A DNA stretch of 63,752 nucleotides, the filler included, from Sphacelaria rigidula (Eukaryota): NCBI GenBank assembly GCA_964200075.2. It is 4 parts of 4 records of this genome, joined end to end, with 100 filler letters (N's around TTAATTAATTAA, not from the genome) between each part and the next. Parts side by side here need not be neighbours in the genome. Positions count along the whole stretch, not along the records: positions 15,967 to 31,832 come from CAXNAA020001563.1; positions 31,933 to 47,793 come from CAXNAA020001564.1; 2 more parts are not named here. The stretch is one strand, 5' to 3'. The notes under the pieces were generated by a model that ran no database searches, was not told the origin of the DNA, and was given only the letters and a program-made list of their open reading frames with translations. The position numbers and the translations under genes are program-made. Below are positions 26,801-39,000 of this stretch, piece after piece; position 1 is the stretch's first letter; each line of letters starts with the position of its first letter.

Positions 26801-29800
26801 AGGATGATAGGAGCTTTTTTACGGAAGTCATGAGGGAAACGTCAACAGGATTGCTGGTCTTCGATGCATAACCATCAGTAGAAATCCAACGATGCGAAAA
26901 CCCCCACATCACCAAAATACGACGTTTGGGAGTATAAATCGATCTCATACAAACCGTTTCCAAATTCGCTTCATGCGTTGATTTCCCTACGAGCTGGGCC
27001 AGCTTGAAAGCGGCTACAAGTTGCGCACACCACAGCTTTCCCAGTTTCCCGAATGAACCCGATTGAAGCATATCACTGTGAACTGCAGACCCACCCGATG
27101 ACAAAGGACTGCGTCGCTGCTCGATTGGCGTAGTATTGCCGATGAAGTTTTTGTACCGCATAGAGTACGGGATGCGTCTCAAAGCGTTGGGCGATGACGT
27201 GTCGGAGTGCGTTTTTTTCTGTGATGCGGTGGGTTCACGTCAGCAATCACCCCGCACTGGGTATATGTGCAGTGCAGCAGCGTCACGCAAAACGTTGCAC
27301 GCACGGCCCAATTCGACGACTCTTGAGCTGTAATTTCACGCAGACCTTCTGCACCCAAGGAAATGATGTACCTCGTAAGCAGCTGCAGATTCTCATTTTT
27401 TTCCTGGACCTGAAATTTCGAATCTCACAATGTCTTTTTTTTCTTTCTTCTTTTCTTTACTGCTCACGGGATGTTCTGCATGTCGATCATAAAAAGCTGC
27501 TGTCAAAATTCCAGCGTCCAACTCCTAATATCGTGCCGTGCGTCGCCCGAGCGAGAAAACTACCCGTTGTTGGCTAGCCCAGCTCGTAGCTGATGGCGAT
27601 TACTAAGGTTTGATTCGTGATGAGCAGATTGGGTGCAAACTGAGTCGGGACTTCGCAGTTTTGTTAAGAACATTTTGAGGCCCCTGATTTGCCGGACACA
27701 TCTTCAGACAAAAGGGGATGAGATATGTAAAAAGTTGTTATGTAATGTATGGAAGAAGTGTGATGGGCGCCCAAACGCTGGAGGTGCCTCCATTAAGGGT
27801 AAGAACGCCGCTGCGTCTCGAATGGGATGCGTGATCAACGATCAAACGACTGAGGCAAGCAACAAGTGAGTACGCACCTACCCAACCTCCGAAACTGTTT
27901 CTTCTACAACGGTTAGAGCCCCTCTCGCGCGCGTTAGTTTCCGTGGTTTTGGACATTATTTTCTTCGGTTTTTTTGTGCGTGTTTCGCCATTTTCGTATA
28001 CCAGCAAGGATGGCGTATTGGCAGATTTTATTACTGTGGTGTTGCCGGTCATTTTGTCAGAGTTCGAGTCAGAGGTCCAAAAAAATGTTGAAAAAAATCA
28101 AATCTGTACTCTTGAAGTTGTCCATTGCCTGGCCTGGTGAGGAAATCTGCTCTCACGTTCTTGAAGATTTTTGGGGGGAAATAGACCTGTTGAACGATAT
28201 AATACAGTGGTGTTGTCTGCGGTGTCGTGTCGTGTTGTGTCGTGCCGTATGTCCCATGCTCCGTTGTTCTTCGCTTGCTTTATTTTTCCTGCATATCGCA
28301 GGCCGCCTCGGAGACTCAGGCTATGAGACAAGAAGCCACCCGTGCGCGCATCTCGAGCACCAACGCTCACGCAAACAACGTCAAGTCCCTCAACGACCAG
28401 GTATGTATCAGTTACACACTCGACAGCTGAGCTGAATGCCATGTCGACCTATGCTTCAATGATGAACTCTACCTGCAGAAAACCGGCGAGCCTGACCGTT
28501 GCCTCCTCGGCATATTGGTGAGTCTGTCTATGCGGCTTTTGATGTTTTACTGCTACTCATTTTGTCCCCTTGTGCTTCGCTGTCCCGCGGTTCACAGATC
28601 AGTAAAGCCAAGGCGGAAATCGAGAGCCTCAAGAAGCAGACTAACCCATTGCGCTCTCAGCAGGACACATCCATGCAGGTAATTACCAACAACTCCCCCC
28701 CCCCCCCTAACAACGTTTTGAGGGTTGGCCTTGGTTGACAACGGCGCTGTAAAACACGCCACTCACTGAGTAAGCTAGGCAACCAGGCTACCTGTTTTTT
28801 TTTGCAGTAACCATGGTGGGGGTGAAGCTAGATCATACTGTGCAGGGTAGCAAACCCAAACTCCGCGCAAGGGGGATGGTCGTACTACTTGGTGTTCACA
28901 CGGTGAGACACCTATGAGGCAGAGTGTAAACTGTGGCTGTCTCCGGAAGTGGCGATACCAGAAAATGAAGCAACTCACTGGAGGCTGTCATCCAAATGCA
29001 AGATAATCAGTAGGCTTCGGGTCGAACAATCTTGACAAGAGGCAGGTCACCGTTCATACGACTCGCTCAACACATGACGATGCTTCGCGCTTGTTTGATT
29101 GCAAGCCTGGTCCAGCGAAACCCTAACGTGCTATGTCCCGGCTTTGTAGGGATGCTAGGTCAATGGCTTCATGAGTGCGGCATGCGATATCATGAGTATC
29201 CCCGCGCCTCTCTTAAGCGTGGCTGTCTCTGGAAGTGACGATACTGGAAAATCTCATTGTAAGCGTTATCCAAATGCAAGATTATTAGCAGGCTGCGAGC
29301 CGAACAAGCTTAGCAGGATGCAGCTCACGCTTCATGCGACTCGTCGAACACACCACGGCGCTTCGCGCTTGGTGATTGACTGCGAGTCTGGTCCGGCGAA
29401 AACCGGGCGTGCTCGAGGAGAACATAAACCTCACGGAGAAGGGATGATCGTACCACGTAGTGTTGGAATAGTGGGATACCTGTGAGGTAGTGTAGGGACC
29501 AGAAAACGAAGCAGCTCATTCGAGGCTGTCATCCATATGCAAAATACTTGATAGGCTTCGGGCCGAACAATCTTAGCAGGATGCAGCTCACCCTTCGTGC
29601 GACTGCCGGAAAAGATCACGACGGTTCGCGCTTGTTGATTACGAGCCTGGTCCGGCGAAAACCGGGCGTGCTCCATCCCGGCCTAGTAGCGATGCTAGGT
29701 CAATGGTCGGATGACTACTTGGTGCTACGACTACTACATGCAGAATCATGAGTACACTCCCTGCCACGCCCCGCTCGACCGCCGCGTGTGCGATTTTTCG

Positions 29801-29966
29801 CGTGCGCCCGTGCTTCTTGCTCCTTCTTTGTTCGTCCTCGAAGACGGAAATTCTCCGAAAGGAGGTGGCGAAACTGCAGACCAAGCTGGAAGAAGTTCAG
29901 CGCGAAAATTCTCAGAACTACGGCATGTACGAGAAAATGAAGGAGGTCAATCGCAAGATGAAAGCG
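17889..29966 (+). CDS. TPR: Nucleoprotein TPR/Mlp1/NUA-like nuclear-basket coiled-coil protein; internal fragment of 9 exons, both ends outside the contig
   Basis: Phase-consistent GT-AG exons: 17889-18056, 19063-19154, 20725-20881, 23516-23698, 25205-25261, 25675-25734, 28302-28400, 28598-28678, 29844-29966. The spliced product is coiled-coil and contains HNKLLQEVEQLSTLRESNTMLR and LKKEVENWKNRVTSLTASFNAVDPKEHEELK. These match the LRESN..LR and WK.R...L....DP.E...L signatures of the TPR/Mlp1/NUA family. Confidence 0.78.
18368..18626. mobile_element. 259-bp MITE with ~32-bp TIRs and 8-bp TSD (TPR intron)
   Basis: CACACGTCGGACAGATCATGATCCGTCTGAAA ... TTTCAGACAGATCATGATCTGTCCGACGTATG, with a perfect CAACATTT duplication at 18360-18367 and 18627-18634. 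Internal GATC-rich repeats. Confidence 0.9.
21840..22940 (-). mobile_element. 5'-truncated non-LTR retrotransposon (C-terminal region and 3' end)
   Basis: The degenerate ORF 22367-21855 carries a decayed zinc-knuckle-like stretch (CLCG..IDS..H....ELYKEER) of the kind found at LINE ORF2 C-termini. Its last ~100 bp recur at 18222-18340 (-), 27700-27880 (+), 37330-37410 (+) and 37505-37575 (+). Confidence 0.7.
26990..27586. mobile_element. Tc1/mariner-type MITE (597 bp, TA TSD)
   Basis: TA|CGAGCTGGGCCAGC ... GCTAGCCCAGCTCG|TA; interior homologous to 34668-35257 in the opposite orientation. Confidence 0.8.
28900..29760 (+). mobile_element. Cluster of three partial copies of an abundant ~320-bp dispersed retroposon-like repeat (called R1 here)
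   Basis: GGTGAGACACC(C/T)ATGAGGCAG...GCTGTCATCCAAATGCAAGAT...GAGCCTGGTCCGGCGAAA...GGTCAATGG...CATGAGTACCCC. Other copies at 15967-16050, 21585-21830 (-), 33605-33920 (-), 42570-42608 and 47725-47793. Confidence 0.8.
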
Positions 29967-30312
29967 GTAAGCAGTACAAGAGCTGCCTAGAAACGGATAC
30001 GATGGTGTTGAACGTGGTGGGGAAGAATCAAGTTTTTCCTTTATCTGTCTTCTGTTGGTATACGGGAGGTACAACGCACCTTGTTTGAGACCGTAACCCC
30101 ACATTGTTCGTTTTTCTGCTCGAACGAGGCCGCTTAGCTTCTTTGCTGGGCGGCATACTATCACGTGACCACAGCTGGACCCCTGGGTGGTCGGTTAAAG
30201 TACGACAATCAATCAAATCAATCAATTTTCGGTCAACCATTGCTATGTTTTATGCACACCATGGAGATTATGTGATTATCCAGAAAGCCTCGCCCTGGAG
30301 TATGACCGGTAT

Positions 30313-30486
30313 CACACCTTGGACAATATATGGGGTCAACAGTTGCAATAGACAAGAAAAGTGCTGCATAAAGTACAGGCCTATTGCGACTATTGTCGGC
30401 CGGCAATAGTTGCAACAGGCCTATATTTTATGCAGTACACTTTTCGTCTGTTGCATCTATTGACCCCATATATTGTTCAGGGTGTG
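30313..30486. mobile_element. 174-bp fold-back MITE with 8-bp TSD
   Basis: CACACCTTGGACAATAT...ATATTGTTCAGGGTGTG; whole element palindromic. Flanks ACCGGTAT / ATCGGTAT (7/8). Terminal 16 bp shared with 14819-14904. Confidence 0.85.
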
Positions 30487-30559
30487 ATCGGTATACACGT
30501 TAGACCCCCCGACTGCACATGATCCACGTGTTCGTATCGTGCGTTCTTGAAATGTGTGT

Positions 30560-30900
30560 GTGTGTGAAGAGGTCATTCCTTGACGGACACTTGTGGGAGC
30601 TTGTCCCTGTTGTGTGGTGGTCCGCACATCACCCCTCCCCCCAACATGACTCTCTTGGAGGTCTTCGAGTAATCTTGTACGCCGACTAGCGGTTGGAATC
30701 TTGCCTTGTCATTCACATTTCTTTCACGTGTGTTGGGTCCATGAACCAAAGATCGCCGCAGGAGATTTTCCGTGAGTGTTGAACTCTGCTTCAGAGGGTG
30801 TCCACTATTTGTTTTTGGCTCCCACCAATTTGGTGGGATCCGGGAATTGAACCTGGGACCTTCTGTTCGTGAAGCGTACGAGCTATTTCATGGTGTCGCC
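30560..30900 (-). mobile_element. Degenerate tRNA-derived SINE
   Basis: The minus strand reads AGGTCCCAGGTTCAATTCCCGGATCCCACCA (T-arm/B-box plus CCA, 30831-30861). The tail segment TTGACGGACACTTGTGGGAG is repeated at ~30580 and ~30920. Confidence 0.55.
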
Positions 30901-31832
30901 AGTGTGAAAAGATTATTTCTTGACGGACACTTGTGGGAGTTTGTCCCTTCTACGTGGTGGTACCCACATGCTTCCCTTTTTCGCCGCTTGCCTCGGGCAT
31001 AATTTGCACCACAGTGTATGGTAAACAAGGGGCCCCACATCGGGAAATCACGGCACCAGCTCCCACCCCCCAAGCGGCCGAGAATGCGGAAATGGCCACA
31101 TCAGCTTGGCAAAAAACCTTATTCTTCCTGTTTCTTCACTAGTATTCGGAATTAAACGATCGTTTTTGTCACCTGGGATTCGCCTCGACGTGAGCAGCCC
31201 TAAACCGAGGAGTTTTAGTGTGTCAGTCATTCTTGTGACCACGAGGGAGCACATTTGCCGGCTGAATAATGACTTTTGAGTCGTGCTGGCTTGGGCAACA
31301 CCGGTGGTCACCGTCTCGGCACTGTTCTGGGGAGGGCGGTGTACGACGAGTAGTTCTGTACTGCTACTGAATTATATGCAATGTGCATGCTATGCTTGTG
31401 ATGTAACTTGACTACGGGGTTACCAACCGGCATAAAAATGTTCTGGTATTTCTATATATGTAAATTATGTGAACAGTATATGATCACGTGCTTTGCCCCC
31501 GTTTGGGCAGACAGCGAGATCCATCCAACGTGTATCTCTACATATCGCCATGATACGGCGCTGCAAAGGGAATGTTGTGGACGTGGTGGGGCTAAAAGCA
31601 GCACTCAACATTGAGGTAGTGGCAGTCCCGACCTGAAATTAATGTGACCCCTACCACCTACCGTTTCGGTATACCCTGCGCAGGCGCACGCTGCCGACAT
31701 GCATGTGAGGTACAGTACAGCAAATACTGTCGCCATCATCCGTCGATCAGGGGGGAAACCCCCCCCCCTCCCAGAGTTCTTGACTATATAGTGGTGAAGC
31801 ATGGAATGAGTGAAGAAATGAAAGTACATGTG

Positions 31833-31932
31833 NNNNNNNNNNNNNNNNNNNNNNNNNNNNNNNNNNNNNNNNNNNNTTAATTAATTAANNNNNNNNNNNN
31901 NNNNNNNNNNNNNNNNNNNNNNNNNNNNNNNN
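31833..31932. other. Artificial assembly linker
   Basis: 44 N + TTAATTAATTAA + 44 N. Confidence 0.97.
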
Positions 31933-31934
31933 AA

Positions 31935-31979
<45 letters not shown>

Positions 31980-33024
31980 CGGAACACCCGCATCAACGCG
32001 CAAAAGTGTAGCGAGTCGCCAATAAAACAAGGAAAAAAAAGGGGAAAAAAAAATAATGCTCGCGGCGGGTGGCGAACCCACAAAATTGGCCCTAGAGCAA
32101 CTTTTCCCCCATATATTTTCGTACTCCAGATATTTGTTTTTGCTTCTTGATTAATTTCGACCTGGAGCCAGGCATAACCGGGCTCAGAACCAGGTGATGT
32201 AGATCCAGTTTTTTGCGAGGGTTCCAATATATATATATATATATATTCTTTTCACAGAGGTGGTGGGGGCCCGGCAAATCGAGATTTACTAGTTCCCCCG
32301 CGTTTTTGGCGAAACGGTATATTCGGCATAACTCGTCACCAACATGTCTGTAAAACCTAAAATAAGGTTCATTCGAAAGCCCTGATCCGTAGCTTTCGAA
32401 TGGTATGTATTTTTGTTGGGTAAATACCCTGGCTCCATGGAGAAATTAATCAAGTGGCCTGTGGGCGGGTCCGGGAAAATTACCACTATATCATCTTGGA
32501 ACGCACTTTTCTGGTGCTCGCTTGATCCCAGGATTTCGCCCAACTCCGTGCGGTACCTTTGAGCCGACGGAGACTGACCGTGGCGCGGAGGTCAGAGTCT
32601 GTCGCGGTCTTGAGCCAACCTCAATCAAGGTCGAAGGGAAAGATACTCATATTGCATAATATCAATTTTGTGCTACCTCCACGAGGCGAGAGGAGGGATA
32701 GCGTGAACTCTGAAATTTGAGCAGTTGTTTACATACCACGAGTTAGCTGCCTTGCAAGAGAAGGCCGAATTTATAAAAAGCGCGCGAGGGGGGCGTATCT
32801 ATGCGCTCGGTGACATTTTTTCATCATACCGCACAGAGAGAAAACAACACAGCAACCGCAGAAACACTCGCTCATACCAAAACGAGAACATGAAAACACG
32901 GGATTACACTCACTTTCCTACATGTTCCGAATTGTAAACAAATGATCAACGCAACACGACACCAGCACGACCAACGCTCACACCACCACAGAGGCAACAC
33001 CCACGAGGGCTCAAGGAGTTCCCT

Positions 33025-36000
33025 TCAACCCTCCCCTAACAAATCGAAGTCGTCTAACTTGTCTTCATAATTCTTGATTGCCCTCTTGATCTTCGAACCG
33101 TCCACCCATGTCACGAAGTCTTCCATGCTCCGCGTCACAAGGAACTGTGAGCAATGGCAACAGTAGCAGAGAGCAACACGAGCAACAGATGCAGTGAAGT
33201 TAAAATGCAGGGTAGGAGACGCAGATGTTTTGCCAGTTGATGAGTGCACACTCCGATTGACGGAGTTTTTCGGTTCGACGAATATGCAACATCTTGCTCG
33301 CCGCGAGATGGACAAATCATTTCGCCAGAGCACGCCATTGACTATAAATCACAGTCGAAACGTCATTACTTTGCTTGGACCCTATTCTAACAACCCGCCA
33401 TGGGCGACTCGTTTCGTCATCATCCACGTTCACGGACAAAGGTCGTAGCCAAGAACACCACGTGTGAAAAGTGATAACACACAGGCCCACGGCGTTGCTA
33501 ACACACATGCTACGCCGTACTCTACATCCAACACATCGTTTTTCATATCCCATTTTGTCTGGACGAAGGCCATTTGAAATGCGTTGCATCTTGCCTTGCG
33601 GGAGGGGCGCGGGGGGGTACTCATGATCATGCATGCCATAGTCGTAAGACCATTGACCTCGCATCTCTACAAAGCCGGGACGGAGCACGCCGGACTTTCG
33701 CCGGACCAGGCTCGCAATCAATCACCAAGGGCGAAGCACCATGGTGTATTCGGCGAGTCGCATGAAGGTTGAGCTGCATCCTGATAAGATTGTTCGGCCT
33801 GAAGCGTACTGATTATCTTGCATTTGGATGACAGACTCCAATAAGTTGCTTCATTTCCTCGTTTCGCCACTTACATAGACAGCCGCGGCTTATACACTGC
33901 CTCATGGATGTCTCACCATTTACACACTACGAGGAGAACGGGGAACGTCAACTCAAACGATATTAGTTGTGACAGCGATCCTGATATTTCAAACGTTACA
34001 CACGCATTTAAGTTTGTTCCAAGCCTCTCACCGCTGGATCCGTGACAGCGTGAGGACCGACCCTAACGTGCCCCTGTTCGATGTACGTCGCCGCCTCCGT
34101 CAACGTTTCCGACATCTTCAGCCGAACCATAACAACCGGCAGTCGTCGCCTGCCACGAGGAGAGTTTCGTAACACAGGTTTTATCACATGAGCCCCGTCC
34201 ATCAGTGGGGGTATGTATTGAATACTACCTTGAACAAACGTTCAGCAAGGGACTCTTCGATATGGGTCGCTAAGGCAGGATTATTGTACTCCCCGAGACT
34301 AGCAGGTTGCACCTCCGAAGGGGAGGTTGGCGCAAAAGCAAAACAACATTGGTGTCATGATTTCCAGGATTATCCACAACACCAATCAGCATACTCCAAG
34401 CGCTCTGTTTACAAATCTCTCCCTGAGGAGGTCAAGTATTTACCTAAATTTATGTGAAACACCTATCATGTCCGTTTTCTTCCTTTTTTCTCTTTAATGG
34501 TTGAGATATTGGGGTGTCTTTTAGGTTGGATCCACATATTACAATCCATAAGGGTGCACGACATGGGCGAGCGGGGCGAAGAAAACAAATGGTCCGAAAA
34601 TCACCGGTTTTGTTTTCTTCCTTGAATATATATACAAGCGGTGCCATTTCTTCCTTGAATATATATACGAGCTGGGCCAGCTGACAGTGATTTGCGAATG
34701 TGTCCAGGCCTAGCGGTGGGTGATCCGGAGCGTTGGGCGCTGAAATTTTTACACAACATTTTCAACATCACCACGCACAACCTTCCTGGGGATGCCAAGA
34801 AAAAGAAAAAAACAGAAAGTTAGAGCGATTTGAACTTTCTGCAAAAGCTAGAAAAACACAATAACTCCGTGAAAATTAAGAAATACGGGGACATCTCCAG
34901 TGTAGTTGTGCGCCTTTGTGTGGAGGAGATCCTGGTACAATTTCGGCCAAGAATTCCAGAAATTTGGCGCCGCATCCAACTTTCCGTGTGGCACGGCTGC
35001 GCTCCTTTCCAAGCGATGCAGTTGACTCCAGTTATGAATGTCACGAGTCCGTATCCCGACGGGTCCCTTTTTTTCCGTCGGTCCGGTGATACATTATGCA
35101 GTACATTTTTTCCAATTTTTTTCTTCACTCGGCGGAGGTCCCGTGCGTTACCACGTTGGTCTGCAGGTCACACCGATATACTCAAGTCGGGCTGATTTGG
35201 TAAATTTGATAAGCTATGGTGACGTGCAAATGCAGGATTTACTGCTGGCCCAGCTCGTACATCTTCATAACTCGGCCCTCATTTCTTTCATCGTCGCTCC
35301 AACTGCGCATCCTGCAGGAGGTGTTCTTCAACACAGCCTCGGCGTCCTCTACTTCTTTCTCCAATATATACGCCCTCTGTCCGCCAGATTTCTTCTCTAT
35401 TGCACCGCTTGCGCACGCTGTGCACTGCACGGATTGCCGCCAAATGTAGGGATCCAACTCGAGGAACATCGAGGTTTTCCAGGTTCGATTGACGGCTTGA
35501 TTTATTCAGTGAATAATTGAATAAACCCCGCACAGAGTCTGATCCCAAGGTGAGCAAAACGAATAAAATCGCTAACGAAAACCCCATGAAGGGAAAAGAA
35601 GAAAGAAAAAAGAAAAAACGGGGTGAACTGAAGAAAAACGAGAGGCATCTACAGGTGGAAAAAAAAACAAAAAAACAGAGGTAGCTCACGTCTGACGCAA
35701 ATCTAAAGTAACTTGCTCAGTGGACATAGGAGGCAATACACAGCGCCACACGAATCTCAAGCTCCGGGGAACGCCAACGACGTGGCGTGTTATGCGTCCA
35801 GCGAAAGACTGAGATTGAGTAGTAATCCTTTGAACCCTGGGCATGACGCTCAAGCGGGCATGTACAAGGTGCTACCCGAAATGTGCCTCTCATCATCGAG
35901 GCCCGACCCTACAGAACCCCTCCACCAATAGAAGGCTGAGCTCACCAACGGTATCTTGCAACGGCTAGAATGTTATATACACAACGCAGTGATGATATTG

Positions 36001-39000
36001 GGGACGACTCCGGGAGAGACGTCGGAAAGCATGGTGGGAAGTGAAGCGCTAATGCGCCCCATGACGCTGTGCATGATGAACCCCAACATTTCATGACCCT
36101 TTCGAGTGAAAGGACTGCGATCGTACCTGCAGAAGGCTGATACGCTGACCGCCTCGGACTTCGCCAAGCTCGTTTTTGTGTTGGTCACCCCCATCGAGAA
36201 AAGCTTGGCCAGTAACTGCTCCGTCATCTTTATCCGAAACTCGTCGCTTGCGTCCAGCGTCTGCATCACACACATCGTTACACCCCGATCAAACACAGCA
36301 GAAGAACGAATGGGGTTTGCTACAATGGTAGATGAGTTGTTTTACGACACTTATGCTCACCGGGCAGCCATACTCCTCAACGTGTGCAGCACCGGGTTGC
36401 TTGATAATGGATAACTCGTCACGTACAGCGTGGCACACAAAGTTGATGATATCCCCTGCGAGATCATGGGCTCACCTGCCTACCGCGCCCTCACTCATTG
36501 CTCGAAATTTTTGGGGACAGGTAGCAGTTACCGACGGGTATTGAAGTAAAACAATACGACGCGTGTATAGATAACGAGCCTTCAGCACGCTACAGGCCAT
36601 GCACCAGTCGCATACAGGTCGAGTGGCCGTCACACTGTTTTTAGATGGTGGATTTTCTGTAATCAGACTGGATATCTAGGTCTGCAGGTCATGCGTTGCT
36701 GCATACAAAACACGTGGAATACGGAGCCGGCAATATCACTGCAAAGGCCATGTCCTCTCTAATCTATCGGACCGTACATCTAGGCTTGAGTTCGTGGGGG
36801 TCAGTAACATATATTTGCCGAAGTGTGAGATGTTGAGCCTAGCAAAGCGCAACGTCGTGACGAGTTCTGAGCGTCAGAGAGGAGCACTGCGTGCGCTCGA
36901 CAAGTAAGTGTCTTGACGCAGCAATGGGATTGAAAGCAAAATCAGTTTCGAACTTTGATTCTTGAGTTTGAAATGTTGGACTTACGTCCGTCACCGGTAG
37001 CATAAATGCCTCGGAAATGTACAGGTGTGAGATTCGGGCCCATCGCGACCAGCAGCTGGCAAACCACACCCAATCAATTCGGTTCGAACGCTGACCAAGA
37101 TAGTTATGCTGCACCACAATCAGTGCTTGATGGCCCTCTTCTTTTTTTTTTTCCTTGACGGAAGGAGGAAAATTCATCCAACACGTATCCCGTAAGCGGG
37201 TTCGTGCGCCGATTACCAGGCTCGGCTAAACTGCCTTGCGGCAGTCAATTGGGGCAGGCGCCTCGCGCGTTCGCGAGCTTTGCTCAAGGCAGGGTGGGGG
37301 TTGCGCTCACTAACCCCCCCCCCCCCTATCAACGTGCTCCGTCTCGAAAGGGATGCGTGGTCAATGGTCAAATGACTAAGGCAAGCAACAAAGGAGTACG
37401 CCCCCCCTTATCAACTTGGCGCATTGCACGCGCCATCATGCTCTAATGGGCTTCGGCCCTTGGCAGTCGATGGCCCTCACGGTAGATCTTTCTCTACCCC
37501 CTAGGAATGCTCCGTCTCGAAAGGGATGCGTGGTCAATGGTCAAACGACTAAGGCAAGCAACAAATGAGTACATTGCCTCGCCTAGCCCCACCCCCCCGT
37601 CCCGCCCTCCCACACCGCCTCCCAAGAAATGATGTCGCAATGACTCTTCTCGAAAACCCGCACCACACAGATAGTGTCAAAATTGCACATGTTAAGGCGG
37701 ATACATTACACAACTCTCTGCACACATCGTTTATGCTTGTCTAATACGGAGCCAAGGGTGTGTTGTCGTCCCATTTATTCTGGACGCCGGGCTACATCTT
37801 TCCGTATATGTGGGCGCATCAGCCGGGGTCACACAGGAGGAAGGTCAACACAGGATCTCTTTTTTTTTATTTATTTTCAGTGCCCCACCTTCCTTCTGCG
37901 ATGCTTGCCTTTTTGTTTTATCGCGAGAGGGGTTCAGCAGTCCCTTTTCCTCGTCGATCGTTAAGACGAATTTTGTGTACTCACGACATAGTCGCTCGCC
38001 ACTGTTGGGCATGGTGTGAGAAAAAATCACAGATCACTCCGAGAGTTGAACCCACGACCCGACCGTCAGAAGGTTTCGAGGTTACCAACTGAGCCACCGG
38101 GGCGACCGGTCATGTATATACTACAAAGAAAAAATGAGCAAGGGCATTTGCGTCAACATGCGCATTCCAGCACTTGCTCTGTGCCGATGTAATGTGAAAT
38201 GGATATGTGGGGGCCTTGATTACGCGGCGCTCCTTTTGCGCTACCGTGGTGGTCGGCATGAGACAAAAGGCAACATGACGGTTCAGTACTGATAGCTCCA
38301 AACGTCTTGTATCTGGTGCCGCATAGGTGGAGTTTGCCGTTGAAGGTTTGCTTTCAGGAGTGGAGAGCACAAAAGTGATTCCTTCCACGCGTGCCACGAC
38401 CCCGAGCCCATGGGGCCCATGAAGTAATTGCTCTCCAAACCCGCCATCACAGAAGGGTACGGGGTATGCGATGAGCAGCCCAGCCGCACAGCATTAATCG
38501 CTTCATCTTCGTCAATGTCATCTACATCATTCTCACTGGTTCCGCGATACTCGACACTTGGGCTTACTGTCTGAATATTATGTGCTGCTTCGTTCTTGCC
38601 GTATGTGAGTGAAAGGGTCAAGTGGGGTTGGTGTTGTAGGTGACGCCCGCAACTGCTGCCACTTTTCGTGTTCTTGACTGCTGATGTTGAGAAGAACGGT
38701 GAATGTGGGGTGGAATGTAGTGGGCGTGTACTTCCCGAGTGCAACAGCTGAACGATTCAAGCACACAACCATTTATCAGTGCAGTCGCCGGAGCAAGTAC
38801 ATCTTCGCGACACCGACCACTCACAGGCTTGTAAATGTGTGCTGAAGTTAGACTACATTTCATATGAGCGAGGTCGTTATTTGGAGATGATGTGTGTACT
38901 TGTAATTGATACGATTGGCTCGATTACGGGTCATTTTTTCTGCACTGGATAGTGGTCGGTCGATTTTACCGATAGATAATACCCCAAATCGGGCCCCATT

